Below, piece by piece: positions 9,069 to 18,599 of a DNA stretch of 64,000 bases; the stretch's first letter is position 1, and the number at the start of each line of letters is the position of its first letter. Made by a program: the position numbers and the translations under genes. Origin of the DNA: a virus. Taxonomy: Duplodnaviria > Caudoviricetes. The notes under the pieces are model-generated. The model worked only from the letters and a program-made list of their open reading frames with translations, made no database searches and had not been told where the DNA came from. Location of the stretch: the IMG/VR virus record IMGVR_UViG_3300013936_000025, positions 4,048 through 68,047 of that record; one strand, 5' to 3'.

Positions 9069-9126
9069 CTTTCTTGGTTTAACATAGTAAAATCAAAAGC
9101 AAGATACTTAAGATACTTATCCTAAG

Positions 9127-9134
9127 TATATTTG
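9127..9134 (+). promoter_or_regulatory. TAnnTTTG promoter box (TATATTTG)
   Basis: Exact motif upstream of ATG9175. Confidence 0.6.
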
Positions 9135-9174
9135 CAGTCCAATAACAATTTAAATAATAAAGAGTAGAAAAAAA

Positions 9175-9873
9175 ATGGCAACAATTATTGCAATTTTAGG
9201 AGCCTCTGGTGATGGTAAGACAACATCTACTATCATTAATCCAGATGGCAAGTTTGACCTTGAACATTATCAAGGTATGGATCCAAAGAGTCATTTTATC
9301 ATTAACCTTGATAGAAAAACTCTTCCTTTCCCAGGAGGTATGTGGGACACAGAACATAAGAATTATATAGAACCTACGGATTTTGCAGGTATTAAGAAGG
9401 CACTTGAATATTGTGCTAAGACAGAAAGCATCAAATCTGTAGCTATTGATACAGTAAACATCTATCTTGCTATGAAGGAGTTTAATGACCGCAGAAAAAT
9501 GACTTTTGATCAATGGAGAGATGTGGCAAATGATATTATTGAGCTTAATATCCTCTGTAATACTACTCTTCGCAAAGACCAAATTGCCTATATCTTTGGT
9601 CACACTATGTTTCAAACACAGCAAGATGGTACAGAGAAAATGGTATTCTCAGTTATTGGCAAGAAACTTACAAAGACTCAGCCAGAAGGTTTCTATCCTA
9701 TTGTTCTTATGACAAGAGTAGAATATGGTAATGATGGTGCTAATAAGTATTTCTTCCAAACAAAGGCTAACCACTCATCAGCAAAAACTCCATTAGGTCT
9801 CTTCAATGACTTTGAGATTCCTAACAGTCTTAAGTTAGTAGATAGCAGAGTAAGAGAATACTATAAAATGTAA
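9175..9873 (+). CDS. P-loop ATPase (AAA_24/Sak4-like recombination ATPase)
   Basis: N-terminal ILGASGDGKTTS, Walker B VAIDT; located next to SSB and primase. Confidence 0.8.
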   Translation: MATIIAILGASGDGKTTSTIINPDGKFDLEHYQGMDPKSHFIINLDRKTLPFPGGMWDTEHKNYIEPTDFAGIKKALEYCAKTESIKSVAIDTVNIYLAMKEFNDRRKMTFDQWRDVANDIIELNILCNTTLRKDQIAYIFGHTMFQTQQDGTEKMVFSVIGKKLTKTQPEGFYPIVLMTRVEYGNDGANKYFFQTKANHSSAKTPLGLFNDFEIPNSLKLVDSRVREYYKM

Positions 9874-9949
9874 ATAATTCGTATATAGGAGTACTCTAAG
9901 AATACCTTAGCAGGATATTTATAGATAAGATAAAGTAGATACCTTTTCA

Positions 9950-9957
9950 TAACTTTG
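9950..9957 (+). promoter_or_regulatory. TAnnTTTG promoter box for the GIY-YIG gene (TAACTTTG)
   Basis: Exact motif ending 23 nt upstream of ATG9981. Confidence 0.6.
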
Positions 9958-9980
9958 CAATTATTAAAATTGTAAAGATT

Positions 9981-10805
9981 ATGAAATTAAATGAGACAAA
10001 ATCTTTTTTAAGAATTCCTGTAATTTATGGTATTCAAAATACAAAGAGCTGTAAATGGTATATTGGAAGTTGTATTGACATGAAAGACAGATTTCAACGC
10101 CATAGATACTATCTAAGACATAATAGTCATCACTCTCCAAAATTACAAAGAGCTTATAATTTATATGGAGAAGATTCTTTTGAAGTTCATATTTTGCATT
10201 TCTTACAAGAAAATGAGGATAGATTTATTTTAGAAGAACAATATATTAAAGATTATGATAGTGTAGCAAATGGCTACAATATACTAGATAAATGCAAACA
10301 TGTGGATGGTTTTACTTTTTCTATGAAGGCAAAAGAGCATTTCCTAGAATATATTAAAACATTAGAAAAATCTGTTATTGCAATAGATAGATTCTCTGGA
10401 AATATAGATAAAACATTTGAATCCATAACACAAGCTGCAAAATACTTCAATACTAGTACTTCTAATATTAGTAGGGTTTGTAAAGGTAATCTTAATTATA
10501 TCAAGGATCATGTGTTTGTTTATACCAAAGACTTTGAAGAAACAAAAGATTATAGAGTACAAAATCATTGGAAAGGAAAACCTAAAAGTGAAGCTCAAAA
10601 AGAGAAAATGCGAAGAAATAGCAAATTAAATTGTCCTATTTATAAGTATGATTTAGAGAATAATCTCATTAGCGAATATTATTCAATCTCTGATGCAGCT
10701 AGACAACATAATATGAGTGCTGATTCTTTAAGGTATCAAATAAATAAGCATCAAATAGTTAATGGTTTCCTATTTTCACGAGTAAAAGTAAACAAAACAT
10801 TATAA
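9981..10805 (+). CDS. Free-standing GIY-YIG homing endonuclease with NUMOD1-like C-terminal DNA-binding repeats
   Basis: VIYGIQN...WYIGS...RFQRH; repeats FESITQAAKYF...ISRVC and YYSISDAARQ; AT-rich. Confidence 0.9.
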   Translation: MKLNETKSFLRIPVIYGIQNTKSCKWYIGSCIDMKDRFQRHRYYLRHNSHHSPKLQRAYNLYGEDSFEVHILHFLQENEDRFILEEQYIKDYDSVANGYNILDKCKHVDGFTFSMKAKEHFLEYIKTLEKSVIAIDRFSGNIDKTFESITQAAKYFNTSTSNISRVCKGNLNYIKDHVFVYTKDFEETKDYRVQNHWKGKPKSEAQKEKMRRNSKLNCPIYKYDLENNLISEYYSISDAARQHNMSADSLRYQINKHQIVNGFLFSRVKVNKTL

Positions 10806-10829
10806 ACAACAATTTAAAATATCAAGATT

Positions 10830-11282
10830 ATGGAAAAAAGAATTTCATTTGATCAGTTTCAGTCAGTAAAGCGTGTAGCACAGGCATGTAATCCTCTTAT
10901 TGTAAAGAGAAATAAGATTAAAGAGAAGATTGAGAAACTTGCTAAGGAATACAAGGACTATGATACACAAGTTGCTTCCTTGGAGGCAGGTATTAAGCAG
11001 GTAATTGGTTTCCGTGTAGAGGAGCTTGTAAAGAAAGTAATTGAGCCTGGTGTAGATGCTAATGGTCAGCCTAAGAAGACCACCAAGTATCTTCCTACAG
11101 ACATTGTATCTTATGATGAGCAGCACAAGCAGTTTGTCATTTCCCTTCCTAACCCAGAAAATACTGCAAATCCCTCAGTTGAGAGTGAAAGTACAGAAAC
11201 CTCAAATGAGGAAAATAAAATGGAAGCCCCAACTGATGTTGCAGAGGAGGAACCTACTACAGATGCACCAATCTTTGAGTAA
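10830..11282 (+). CDS. Hypothetical protein with coiled coil and acidic tail, 150 aa
   Basis: ORF track; phage-typical codon usage. Confidence 0.8.
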   Translation: MEKRISFDQFQSVKRVAQACNPLIVKRNKIKEKIEKLAKEYKDYDTQVASLEAGIKQVIGFRVEELVKKVIEPGVDANGQPKKTTKYLPTDIVSYDEQHKQFVISLPNPENTANPSVESESTETSNEENKMEAPTDVAEEEPTTDAPIFE

Positions 11283-11337
11283 CAAACAATAAATATATTA
11301 ACAAATATTCACAATTTAAATTTTAAATCAAACAGTT

Positions 11338-12252
11338 ATGATTAACAAAGTAAATTATTGCCTTCTTGCCATTGGCAAGACACAGGAATCAACAGAGACA
11401 GCAGAGTTCAAGAAGTATATTGGAGTAGGTTCTTCATTTGTAGTGGCAGTAAACCCTACAAAGAAAGAACTTGAGACAATTTATGGTAGAGAAATGACTA
11501 ATGACCCTGAATATGTAGTTGACACTGATAATGGCAAGGAAGCACGTATTACATTTGTGGTAAAGACAGACCCTAATACCTGCAATGGTGTTGAATTACT
11601 CAACAGAGTAATGTTCACCTTACGTAATACCCCTGCTTATAACAGAGACCAAACTAAAGTACAGGTTATTGATAAGTATGGCAATGTTACATGGACAGAT
11701 GTTGAGACTGCCAAGGCAGGTAATAAAATCGTTACACCTAATGGTCATGATGCTAAGATTGCCACAGGCTATCGCATGGCATGTGTAGGTGAGGCAGACC
11801 TTGTAGGATTTTTGAAGTCTTATCTCTGTGTAGGGGATGTCTTTAACTATGTGAATGGAGCTTGGGTACTGAAAGATGATGCTGAGAATTATGTTTTTGG
11901 TCTTGAGCACATCAAGGACTATTTCACAGGTGATTTCTCAGAGATTAAGGAAGCCATCAAGCTTCAACCAAACAATAAGGTAAAGCTTCTCTATGGTGTA
12001 CGTACAACTGATGAGGGTAAACAATATCAAGCTGTAGCTACTCGCAATGGTATGGTTCTTCGCAATAGCGCAGGTTCCAATGCTCTCGCTAGATTGGAGA
12101 AAGAGCTTGCTAGTGCAAAGGAAGCTGGTAGCTATTCCAATGTAGAATATAAGGTTCAGGAACTTACAGAGTTTGATGTAAAGGCTACAGACCTTTCTTC
12201 TGCCCCATCTGAGGATTCTACATCTACAGATGATGACCTTCCTTGGAATTAA
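11338..12252 (+). CDS. ssb: Probable single-stranded DNA-binding protein
   Basis: Acidic C-terminal tail EDSTSTDDDLPWN; position between the AAA ATPase and primase. Confidence 0.65.
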   Translation: MINKVNYCLLAIGKTQESTETAEFKKYIGVGSSFVVAVNPTKKELETIYGREMTNDPEYVVDTDNGKEARITFVVKTDPNTCNGVELLNRVMFTLRNTPAYNRDQTKVQVIDKYGNVTWTDVETAKAGNKIVTPNGHDAKIATGYRMACVGEADLVGFLKSYLCVGDVFNYVNGAWVLKDDAENYVFGLEHIKDYFTGDFSEIKEAIKLQPNNKVKLLYGVRTTDEGKQYQAVATRNGMVLRNSAGSNALARLEKELASAKEAGSYSNVEYKVQELTEFDVKATDLSSAPSEDSTSTDDDLPWN

Positions 12253-12285
12253 TTGTAAATAAATAACTTTCAAAGTAATAATCTT

Positions 12286-13290
12286 ATGGTAATAGGTAAA
12301 ACCTCTCCTAGTACTATTTCAAAGACAGAGATATTCAGTAAGTTCAGTGAGGCGCAGGTATTAAATACTGTGCTTCCTGAAGTTACAGAGATTCCATGTC
12401 TCATTAACTCCCCATTAAGAGTTGACAAGCATCCTTCCTTTAGAATATATATGAGTGAGCATAATCACATCAGATATATAGACTATGCAACAAATGACAA
12501 GGGAACATTGCTTGAACTATTGTGTAAGTATTGGAATTGCACATTCAATCAAGCATTAGATAAAATCTGCAAACTAATGATAAAGGATGACAATGTGGTC
12601 ATTAAGCCAAAGCAGATAAAGACCTTCACCAGAAAGGAGACTAATCAGATGTCTAAGATTGAGGTGAAGGTTAGACCTTGGAGAGACTATGACTATGAGT
12701 ATTGGGAATCCTATGGCATCACTAAGCCATGGTTGAAATATGCAGAGGTTTATCCTATCTCCTATAAGATTATTACCAAGAAAGATCCTACCACAGGTAA
12801 GAGTAGCAGATATATCTTCCCAGCAGACAAATATGCTTATGTCTACATAAATAGAAAGGAAGGTAAGTTACAAATGAAAATCTATATGCCATTTAATACG
12901 AGAGGTTTTAAATGGTGTTCCAAGGCTGACAAAAGTGTCATAGACTTATGGACTAAAATCCCTGAATATGGGGATAAAGTTATAATATGTAGTTCCATGA
13001 AAGATGCATTATGCATTAGTTGCAATCTTCATATACCTACCCTATCCTTACAAGGAGAAGGTTACAGCATGTCTCAGACAGCCATCAATGAGTTAAAGAG
13101 AAGGTATAAGAAGATATTCATATCATTTGATACAGACATTCCTGGTAGGCAAGACTCTGCTAAGTTGGCAGAGGAAACAGGTTTCATTAATATAGTTCCT
13201 GACCTAAGGGAATGCAAGGACTATAGTGATGCTTTCAAAGCTTATGGAAAAGAATGGTTTGTAAAAACCTTAAAAGACCTATTCAACTAA
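12286..13290 (+). CDS. dnaG: DNA primase (DnaG/TOPRIM-type)
   Basis: SPLRVDKHPSF N-terminal domain, SSMKDALC, ISFDTDIPG, KDYSD. Confidence 0.85.
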   Translation: MVIGKTSPSTISKTEIFSKFSEAQVLNTVLPEVTEIPCLINSPLRVDKHPSFRIYMSEHNHIRYIDYATNDKGTLLELLCKYWNCTFNQALDKICKLMIKDDNVVIKPKQIKTFTRKETNQMSKIEVKVRPWRDYDYEYWESYGITKPWLKYAEVYPISYKIITKKDPTTGKSSRYIFPADKYAYVYINRKEGKLQMKIYMPFNTRGFKWCSKADKSVIDLWTKIPEYGDKVIICSSMKDALCISCNLHIPTLSLQGEGYSMSQTAINELKRRYKKIFISFDTDIPGRQDSAKLAEETGFINIVPDLRECKDYSDAFKAYGKEWFVKTLKDLFN

Positions 13291-13343
13291 ACTACAGAAA
13301 CACACTAATCATTAATTTAAAAATATTTTAAAAAGAAATTATT

Positions 13344-14108
13344 ATGGAAAGAGAAATTCTTATTGCAAATACAAAGACACAGAAAAGAAGTAAGATTACT
13401 AGTAGTGCAATGACACTTGGTGAGTTGAAAGCAGACTTGCGTGCAAAGGGCATTGATTATACTGATATGACCTTCACTGAGGGAATCTCAAAAACTCAGT
13501 TGCTTGATGATGCTACACAGCTTCCTCAGAATGTAATGTATAAGGGACAGCCTACCAACAATTTGGTTATTCTTCTTACCAATACAAAGAAGAAGATTGC
13601 CTCTGGTGCAATCAATAGAAAGGAAGCTTATACACTCATCAAGGAGGCTGGATTACAAGAAGCAGTAAAAACTAAGTTTGGCAAGAACTTTACACAGGTA
13701 TCTACAGAAGATTTGATTCATACATTAATGGAAAATGGTGTAAAGATATATGATACTACACCAAAAGAGGTTTCTAAAGAAGAGCCTAAGGAGGAAGCTT
13801 CTACTGAGGAAGAATCAAAGGATATAGAAGAGGAGGAATACTATGAGGACGAGGATAATTATACCCTAAAGGATTTCATTACTCAAGTATGCCCAGATAC
13901 TATCGAGGATACACTTGTCATACATATTGCATCTCTTGCAAAAAACAATGCCATTAGTGTAGATAAACTTCAAGAGTTGAAGAATGACATTGACAATATC
14001 ATTAATCTTCTCAATAAGAAGGAAAAGCAGGTTTCAAATCCTATAAGTACATCTGATGGTAGCATCAATGATGATGATATTGATGACATGATTAATGACA
14101 TCATGTAA
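13344..14108 (+). CDS. Putative ubiquitin-like (beta-grasp) protein with C-terminal extension
   Basis: First ~88 aa show a beta-beta-alpha(TLGELKADL)-beta-beta pattern ending NLVILLTNTKKKIASG; lies immediately upstream of E2-, JAB- and E1-like genes. Fold is inferred. Confidence 0.6.
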   Translation: MEREILIANTKTQKRSKITSSAMTLGELKADLRAKGIDYTDMTFTEGISKTQLLDDATQLPQNVMYKGQPTNNLVILLTNTKKKIASGAINRKEAYTLIKEAGLQEAVKTKFGKNFTQVSTEDLIHTLMENGVKIYDTTPKEVSKEEPKEEASTEEESKDIEEEEYYEDEDNYTLKDFITQVCPDTIEDTLVIHIASLAKNNAISVDKLQELKNDIDNIINLLNKKEKQVSNPISTSDGSINDDDIDDMINDIM

Positions 14109-14136
14109 TCTGACTGTTTGGTATTTTGATTGTATA

Positions 14137-14168
14137 GGGAGTAGGGATTAAGTTCTTTACTCCCTTTT
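14137..14168 (+). terminator. Terminator/attenuator between the Ubl-like and E2-like genes
   Basis: GGGAGTAGGGA/TTCTTTACTCCC stem followed by TTTT. Confidence 0.65.
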
Positions 14169-14192
14169 ATTTTAACTTAAAACAATATCATT

Positions 14193-15428
14193 ATGCAATA
14201 CACAATCAATCAACTATACCAGCATATTTACGAAAAGGTAGATAACATCTATGATATATTCAAGGGATTCTTTGGCGAAAATAATGTAGATTTACAGTAC
14301 ACAATTGCTAGAAATACAGTAATATCATACATTATAGCTGAACTACAGCGTAAGAATGTAGACCTAGACCTTAAAGACCAGGAATATAATACAAGCTATG
14401 ATGTTCCTGATAGTGCCCTAGAGTCTCTGGAAGCCTTCTTTGCTCTGAATAAATCAATTATCTATGTATGGTGGAACAGGGTTAAAATTACCAATGAGAA
14501 CAATAAGTCTGTCACTATCCAAGACCTTTATGCAAAGATTGAGGTGCAAATGAATGGCAGAATTCCTTATGAGAATCATGGATTTCTTCTTAATAGAGCT
14601 ACTTATAGCAAAGAACAGTTCCTAAGTGACTATATGCATAGTCATATCTGTGAAATACCTAAAGACGATTTTACTAAATTTGAGAAGCCATGTCTAGGTA
14701 CTGGACCTATCAATGGTACCATTATGACATTAAAGAATGATTATGATGAGGTTACTTGGATGCTATTCTGTGATGAGTTATCCTTGTATGTTACAGTAGA
14801 ATCTTTAACAGGAAGACCTTATAAATATCTAGAACATATAGGATACAGAGAAAGGCTTTATAGATACAATGGCTTTGATTTTACCAATAATGCGTATGCT
14901 AAAAAATTCTATATATGTTTCTCTAAGGAGGACTTTATAAAATTTATCAAGTATTATCTACAGAAAGGGCATTTATCTATTACCTATAAGAATGGCAAGT
15001 ACTCATGTGGTATGCCATATTATGAATATATCATAGATATTAGTAATGCATTCATTGATTATTACAATGCTTATCTTATAGGTAAAGAAAATTCAGATAG
15101 ACTGTTTAACTGTGGTATACTTAACTATGTATTATTTGTCAATGGTAAATTCTATAGGAATGAAAATACTACTTGTAGAAATCTAGATAGATATAGGAAT
15201 AACTTCGTTCTTAACTTTAAAGGCAAGGATATATACACAACCATTACAGAGGATGCAGAAAGCGAGAGTACTTTAACTACTGTCATAGATAATGATATAG
15301 CTATGTATATCCTGAAATCAATTCTTAGAATAATTAATTTTAGATACAATAAAAATGAACATAAATTCACAACAGCAGGAATCAATCAAGGAACTTCCAC
15401 AGTTAAAGAAAGGATCAGCTACCTATAA
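14193..15428 (+). CDS. Putative prokaryotic E2 (UBC-like) conjugating enzyme, 411 aa
   Basis: YMHSHI...KPCLGTGPI (His149/His151, Cys167) resembles the E2 HPN/HxH...CL signature; operon context supports it. Confidence 0.62.
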   Translation: MQYTINQLYQHIYEKVDNIYDIFKGFFGENNVDLQYTIARNTVISYIIAELQRKNVDLDLKDQEYNTSYDVPDSALESLEAFFALNKSIIYVWWNRVKITNENNKSVTIQDLYAKIEVQMNGRIPYENHGFLLNRATYSKEQFLSDYMHSHICEIPKDDFTKFEKPCLGTGPINGTIMTLKNDYDEVTWMLFCDELSLYVTVESLTGRPYKYLEHIGYRERLYRYNGFDFTNNAYAKKFYICFSKEDFIKFIKYYLQKGHLSITYKNGKYSCGMPYYEYIIDISNAFIDYYNAYLIGKENSDRLFNCGILNYVLFVNGKFYRNENTTCRNLDRYRNNFVLNFKGKDIYTTITEDAESESTLTTVIDNDIAMYILKSILRIINFRYNKNEHKFTTAGINQGTSTVKERISYL

Positions 15429-15684
15429 GCTTATTGTTCCTGAGAAGGTAGAAGAGAAGATTAGGTATCTACTTAGGAAGTTCCCATCTACAGAATGGTC
15501 TGGAGTATTATTCACCAAGCATACAGGTACTTTTGAGAACAATGACTTGGTTATTACTTGTGAAGACCTATATCCTATGGACTTAGGTACATCAGGTTGG
15601 ACAGAGTTCAAGATGAATGAGGATGTATCAGCTTATATGGCTGAAAACATAGAGCTGTTTGATTGTGATGTAGCATTAGTGCAT
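15355..15684 (+). CDS. JAB/MPN+ (JAMM) metalloprotease, exon 1 (spliced product 427 aa)
   Basis: STEWSGVLF (Glu47). Splicing gives VH|SHHNLGAFLSSQD, an exact HxH-x7-S-x2-D JAMM motif. Confidence 0.88.
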
Positions 15685-15831
15685 TAACTTGTGAGTGCAC
15701 ATTAAATTGGGTGAATTGCTGGAAACTGGTTGACAAACCACAATCAGCAGCCAAGCTTAGTGGATTAAAATCCCTTTGAAGGTTCAACGACTAACAAATA
15801 TTTATTGTAATTAACAAGCCTAGAGTTTGAT

Positions 15832-16443
15832 ATGAATAAAGTAGAAAAAGCAACATTAATTGGTTTAGTACTAGGAGATGGTCATATAGACTGTTCTAAG
15901 AATAAAGGTATATATACAAATTCTGCAATAACATTTATTCATTGTAAAAAACAAAAAGAATATTTAGAATGGAAAGCAGATTTGTTATATAAAATATTTG
16001 GAGGTAATAAACCAAAAGTTATTGAGTTTACTAATAATGGGTATAATGGAGTAAAAATGATGAAATCTAATAAATATTTTAGAATACTCCATAAATATCT
16101 ATATAAAAATGGCAGAAAAACCATACCATTAAAAGCATTAAATCGTTTAACACCATTAGCATTAGCAATATGGTGGATGGATGATGGGTGTTTGTTTGCT
16201 AAAAAAAGAAATAATAAAATACATGCTTGGGAACTTTATCTTAATACTTATTTATCAGATGAAGAAAATCAAATAATTATTAATTATTTTCAGCAAAGAT
16301 GGAATATATTATGGAAGATAAACCATGATAAAGGACGTAGTAGATTAAGATGTTCTACTAAAGAAGGTAGAAAATTTCTTAATATAATACGTCCTATAGT
16401 AAACAAAATACAATGTATGCAATATAAAGTTATAAATATTTGA
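15832..16443 (+). CDS. Intron-encoded LAGLIDADG endonuclease (sense, P8 region)
   Basis: LIGLVLGDG and LAIWWMDDG motifs. Confidence 0.9.
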   Translation: MNKVEKATLIGLVLGDGHIDCSKNKGIYTNSAITFIHCKKQKEYLEWKADLLYKIFGGNKPKVIEFTNNGYNGVKMMKSNKYFRILHKYLYKNGRKTIPLKALNRLTPLALAIWWMDDGCLFAKKRNNKIHAWELYLNTYLSDEENQIIINYFQQRWNILWKINHDKGRSRLRCSTKEGRKFLNIIRPIVNKIQCMQYKVINI

Positions 16444-16465
16444 CACGAGTGCCCAACCCTACAGA

Positions 16466-17530
16466 TTATTTCGTAGGTGATGATATAGTCTGAACTTGTT
16501 TATATTTGTCATAGGAAGGATGATTTACTCTTTGTAAAAATCTATCATGCTTCCTTTTATAATAAAATGGAAGATGCTCATAGCATTGAAATAATCTATA
16601 AGTATCTTTTTTACGTGCAAAAGATAAAGAAGGTATGGAATCATATTGATGTATATGCTTCTTATCTATCTTTAGATGTTCACATATCCCTTCAAGAATA
16701 GCATGGGTACCTCTAATATTAATATACATTGTATTATCTTGACATAAGACTCCTGAGGATTTTCGTACAGAATCTTGTATATGAATAGAACCGTCTGCAT
16801 CAAATAAGCCCATGATGAAAGCATCTCTAAATTGCTTTGGAATATTTGGGATAATGTTAGGTAGTGTAAAACTCTTTCTAGGAGTAATACCATACTTCAT
16901 AATATCATGTACAATCTGAGGGGTACTAAAAGCTAATCTAGCATGATGAATTATCTTAGATTTATCAAAACCTGATGGTCTTCTTATTTCTAATATTTTA
17001 TGTGTGTTACCAATTTCTGATTTTATGAACTCCAATATAGCCTTATCTTCCCACTTAACAGTGATAGTTAAGGTTATTGTTGGTCCATACTTTGCAGGAA
17101 CTAGAGCACCATCAGCAGCAATGAAACCTAAGATATAGGCTTTAGCATAGGTATCTATAGTTTCAAAGTAATGAATATTCCCAGGATCAGGTCTAAACTT
17201 TAATCCTAGACTACGGATATAGCTAGATACTGTGACAGCATTTAAATTCAGAATCTTAGAGATTTGGGTAGGAGTATTCCCTTCATGTAATAATATACCA
17301 ATTTGTTGCTTTACTTCATCTGTAATAACACAATTTGGATGAGCATTTATAAATACTCCTTCTCGTCTTAATAGCTTCCTAATACACTGAGCATCATTAT
17401 CAATATTAGAAGAATTAAGGAGTCTAGCTATATTAGCACAAGTATTACCTTGTTTATAGCTTTCAAGAATAAAATCCTTTTGGTTTTCAAATTTAAATCT
17501 ACTCATAATTTTATTATTTATTATGAACAA
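16466..17530 (-). CDS. Second intron-encoded LAGLIDADG endonuclease (antisense, P9 region; start probably ATG at 17506)
   Basis: AYILGFIAADG and FIMGLFDADG motifs with N-terminal HTH-like repeats; the 3' end runs antisense through the intron S element. Confidence 0.9.
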   Translation of the reverse strand: MFIINNKIMSRFKFENQKDFILESYKQGNTCANIARLLNSSNIDNDAQCIRKLLRREGVFINAHPNCVITDEVKQQIGILLHEGNTPTQISKILNLNAVTVSSYIRSLGLKFRPDPGNIHYFETIDTYAKAYILGFIAADGALVPAKYGPTITLTITVKWEDKAILEFIKSEIGNTHKILEIRRPSGFDKSKIIHHARLAFSTPQIVHDIMKYGITPRKSFTLPNIIPNIPKQFRDAFIMGLFDADGSIHIQDSVRKSSGVLCQDNTMYINIRGTHAILEGICEHLKIDKKHIHQYDSIPSLSFARKKDTYRLFQCYEHLPFYYKRKHDRFLQRVNHPSYDKYKQVQTISSPTK

Positions 17531-17643
17531 AAATACAGAAAAATCATGAATAAGTGAACATTCTAAAATATACGCTAATGCAAACTAATTTTATTATTAA
17601 GAACAAGATTCCTAGGATAAAGAGCCTAGGAGATAACATAACG

Positions 17644-18597
17644 TCACATCACAATCTCGGAGCCTTTCTGAGCAGTCAAGACATTAAGATGGTACAGCAA
17701 GAAGGCAATGATACCAACTGCTTTGTATCTCTTGTTGTTGATACTCCAGGAAACTATGTAGCTATTGTAACTAGAAAAGTACAAACCAAGTCTGAGGTTA
17801 CAATCAAGAACTTGGGAACATCTTATGAGTTCTTTGGAGAAGGAAGCAAGACTATTACCAAAGAGAATTCTGAGATTACAAAGGTAATTGATAAGGAATT
17901 TATTGAATACTTTGACCTTGAGGTAGAAAGGCATGAGGTTATTAACAATCTTGCTTATCTTGATGACAGATTTGATGAAATAGAGAAGAAGAAAGCTTCA
18001 ATAAAGAACAATAATCTTGGACTACCTTCTTATAGTAGCAAAGAAAATAATCAACCTAAGTTCCAATTGGGTGATGGAAACTATGATGATTTCAGAAGCT
18101 ATCTACATAGAGATAACAATAAGGAAACCACAGGTAAGGAATTAGATTTATTTAATCAAGAACAGGATGAGTTATCTAAAGAAGACTATGATAAGTTAAA
18201 TGAGGTTGCTAGCTCCAACTGGAAGCCAGACCCTAAGAAAGTTCATAGAGCTGTATGCAATATGGTCACATGCAACCTCATCATTAATCCTGATAAGCTC
18301 GACTTGAAGCAATGGATTCATAAGCACATGGTGAATGTATATGAGAGAATTTTCAATGATACACAATCCAATACTTATGAGAATGTGAATGCCTTTGCAG
18401 AATGGAGAGATTTCATCACTCAATTCACAATGGATTACTTTGATGTATCTGATGCTCCAGATGAACTGCTAGATAATTGGGATGTCCTCATGAGCACAAT
18501 AGCCATAGCCATCTATGATGAGCTTAGTAAATATGCTAATGAGAATATATACATTCAATCTTATCAAGATGCTATTGAACAATATATAGTACAATAA
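17644..18597 (+). CDS. JAB/JAMM protease, exon 2 with long C-terminal extension
   Basis: Begins SHHNLGAFLSSQD...FVSLVVD; in frame with exon 1 after splicing. Confidence 0.88.
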   Translation, partial: SHHNLGAFLSSQDIKMVQQEGNDTNCFVSLVVDTPGNYVAIVTRKVQTKSEVTIKNLGTSYEFFGEGSKTITKENSEITKVIDKEFIEYFDLEVERHEVINNLAYLDDRFDEIEKKKASIKNNNLGLPSYSSKENNQPKFQLGDGNYDDFRSYLHRDNNKETTGKELDLFNQEQDELSKEDYDKLNEVASSNWKPDPKKVHRAVCNMVTCNLIINPDKLDLKQWIHKHMVNVYERIFNDTQSNTYENVNAFAEWRDFITQFTMDYFDVSDAPDELLDNWDVLMSTIAIAIYDELSKYANENIYIQSYQDAIEQYIVQ

Positions 18598-18599
18598 TT

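Larger units (their letters stand above)
15685..17643 (+). mobile_element. Group I intron (1959 nt) in the JAB gene, carrying two LAGLIDADG ORFs
   Basis: P1 GTGCAT/GTGCAC with the U-G pair at 15684; P10 TGTGA/TCACA; core GGGTGAATTGCTGGAAA, CAATCAGCAGCCAAG, GGTTCAACGACTA (15781-15793) and GATATAGTC (16482-16490); terminal G17643. Confidence 0.93.

Noticed and set aside
9101-9128. Tandem AAGATACTT repeat as an origin or operator
   Set aside because: Only two copies in AT-rich DNA and no convincing recurrence elsewhere.
17554-17643. ORF-track start of a 347-aa protein at 17554
   Set aside because: The first 30 codons are intron P9 sequence; the real coding region begins at 17644 as JAB exon 2.
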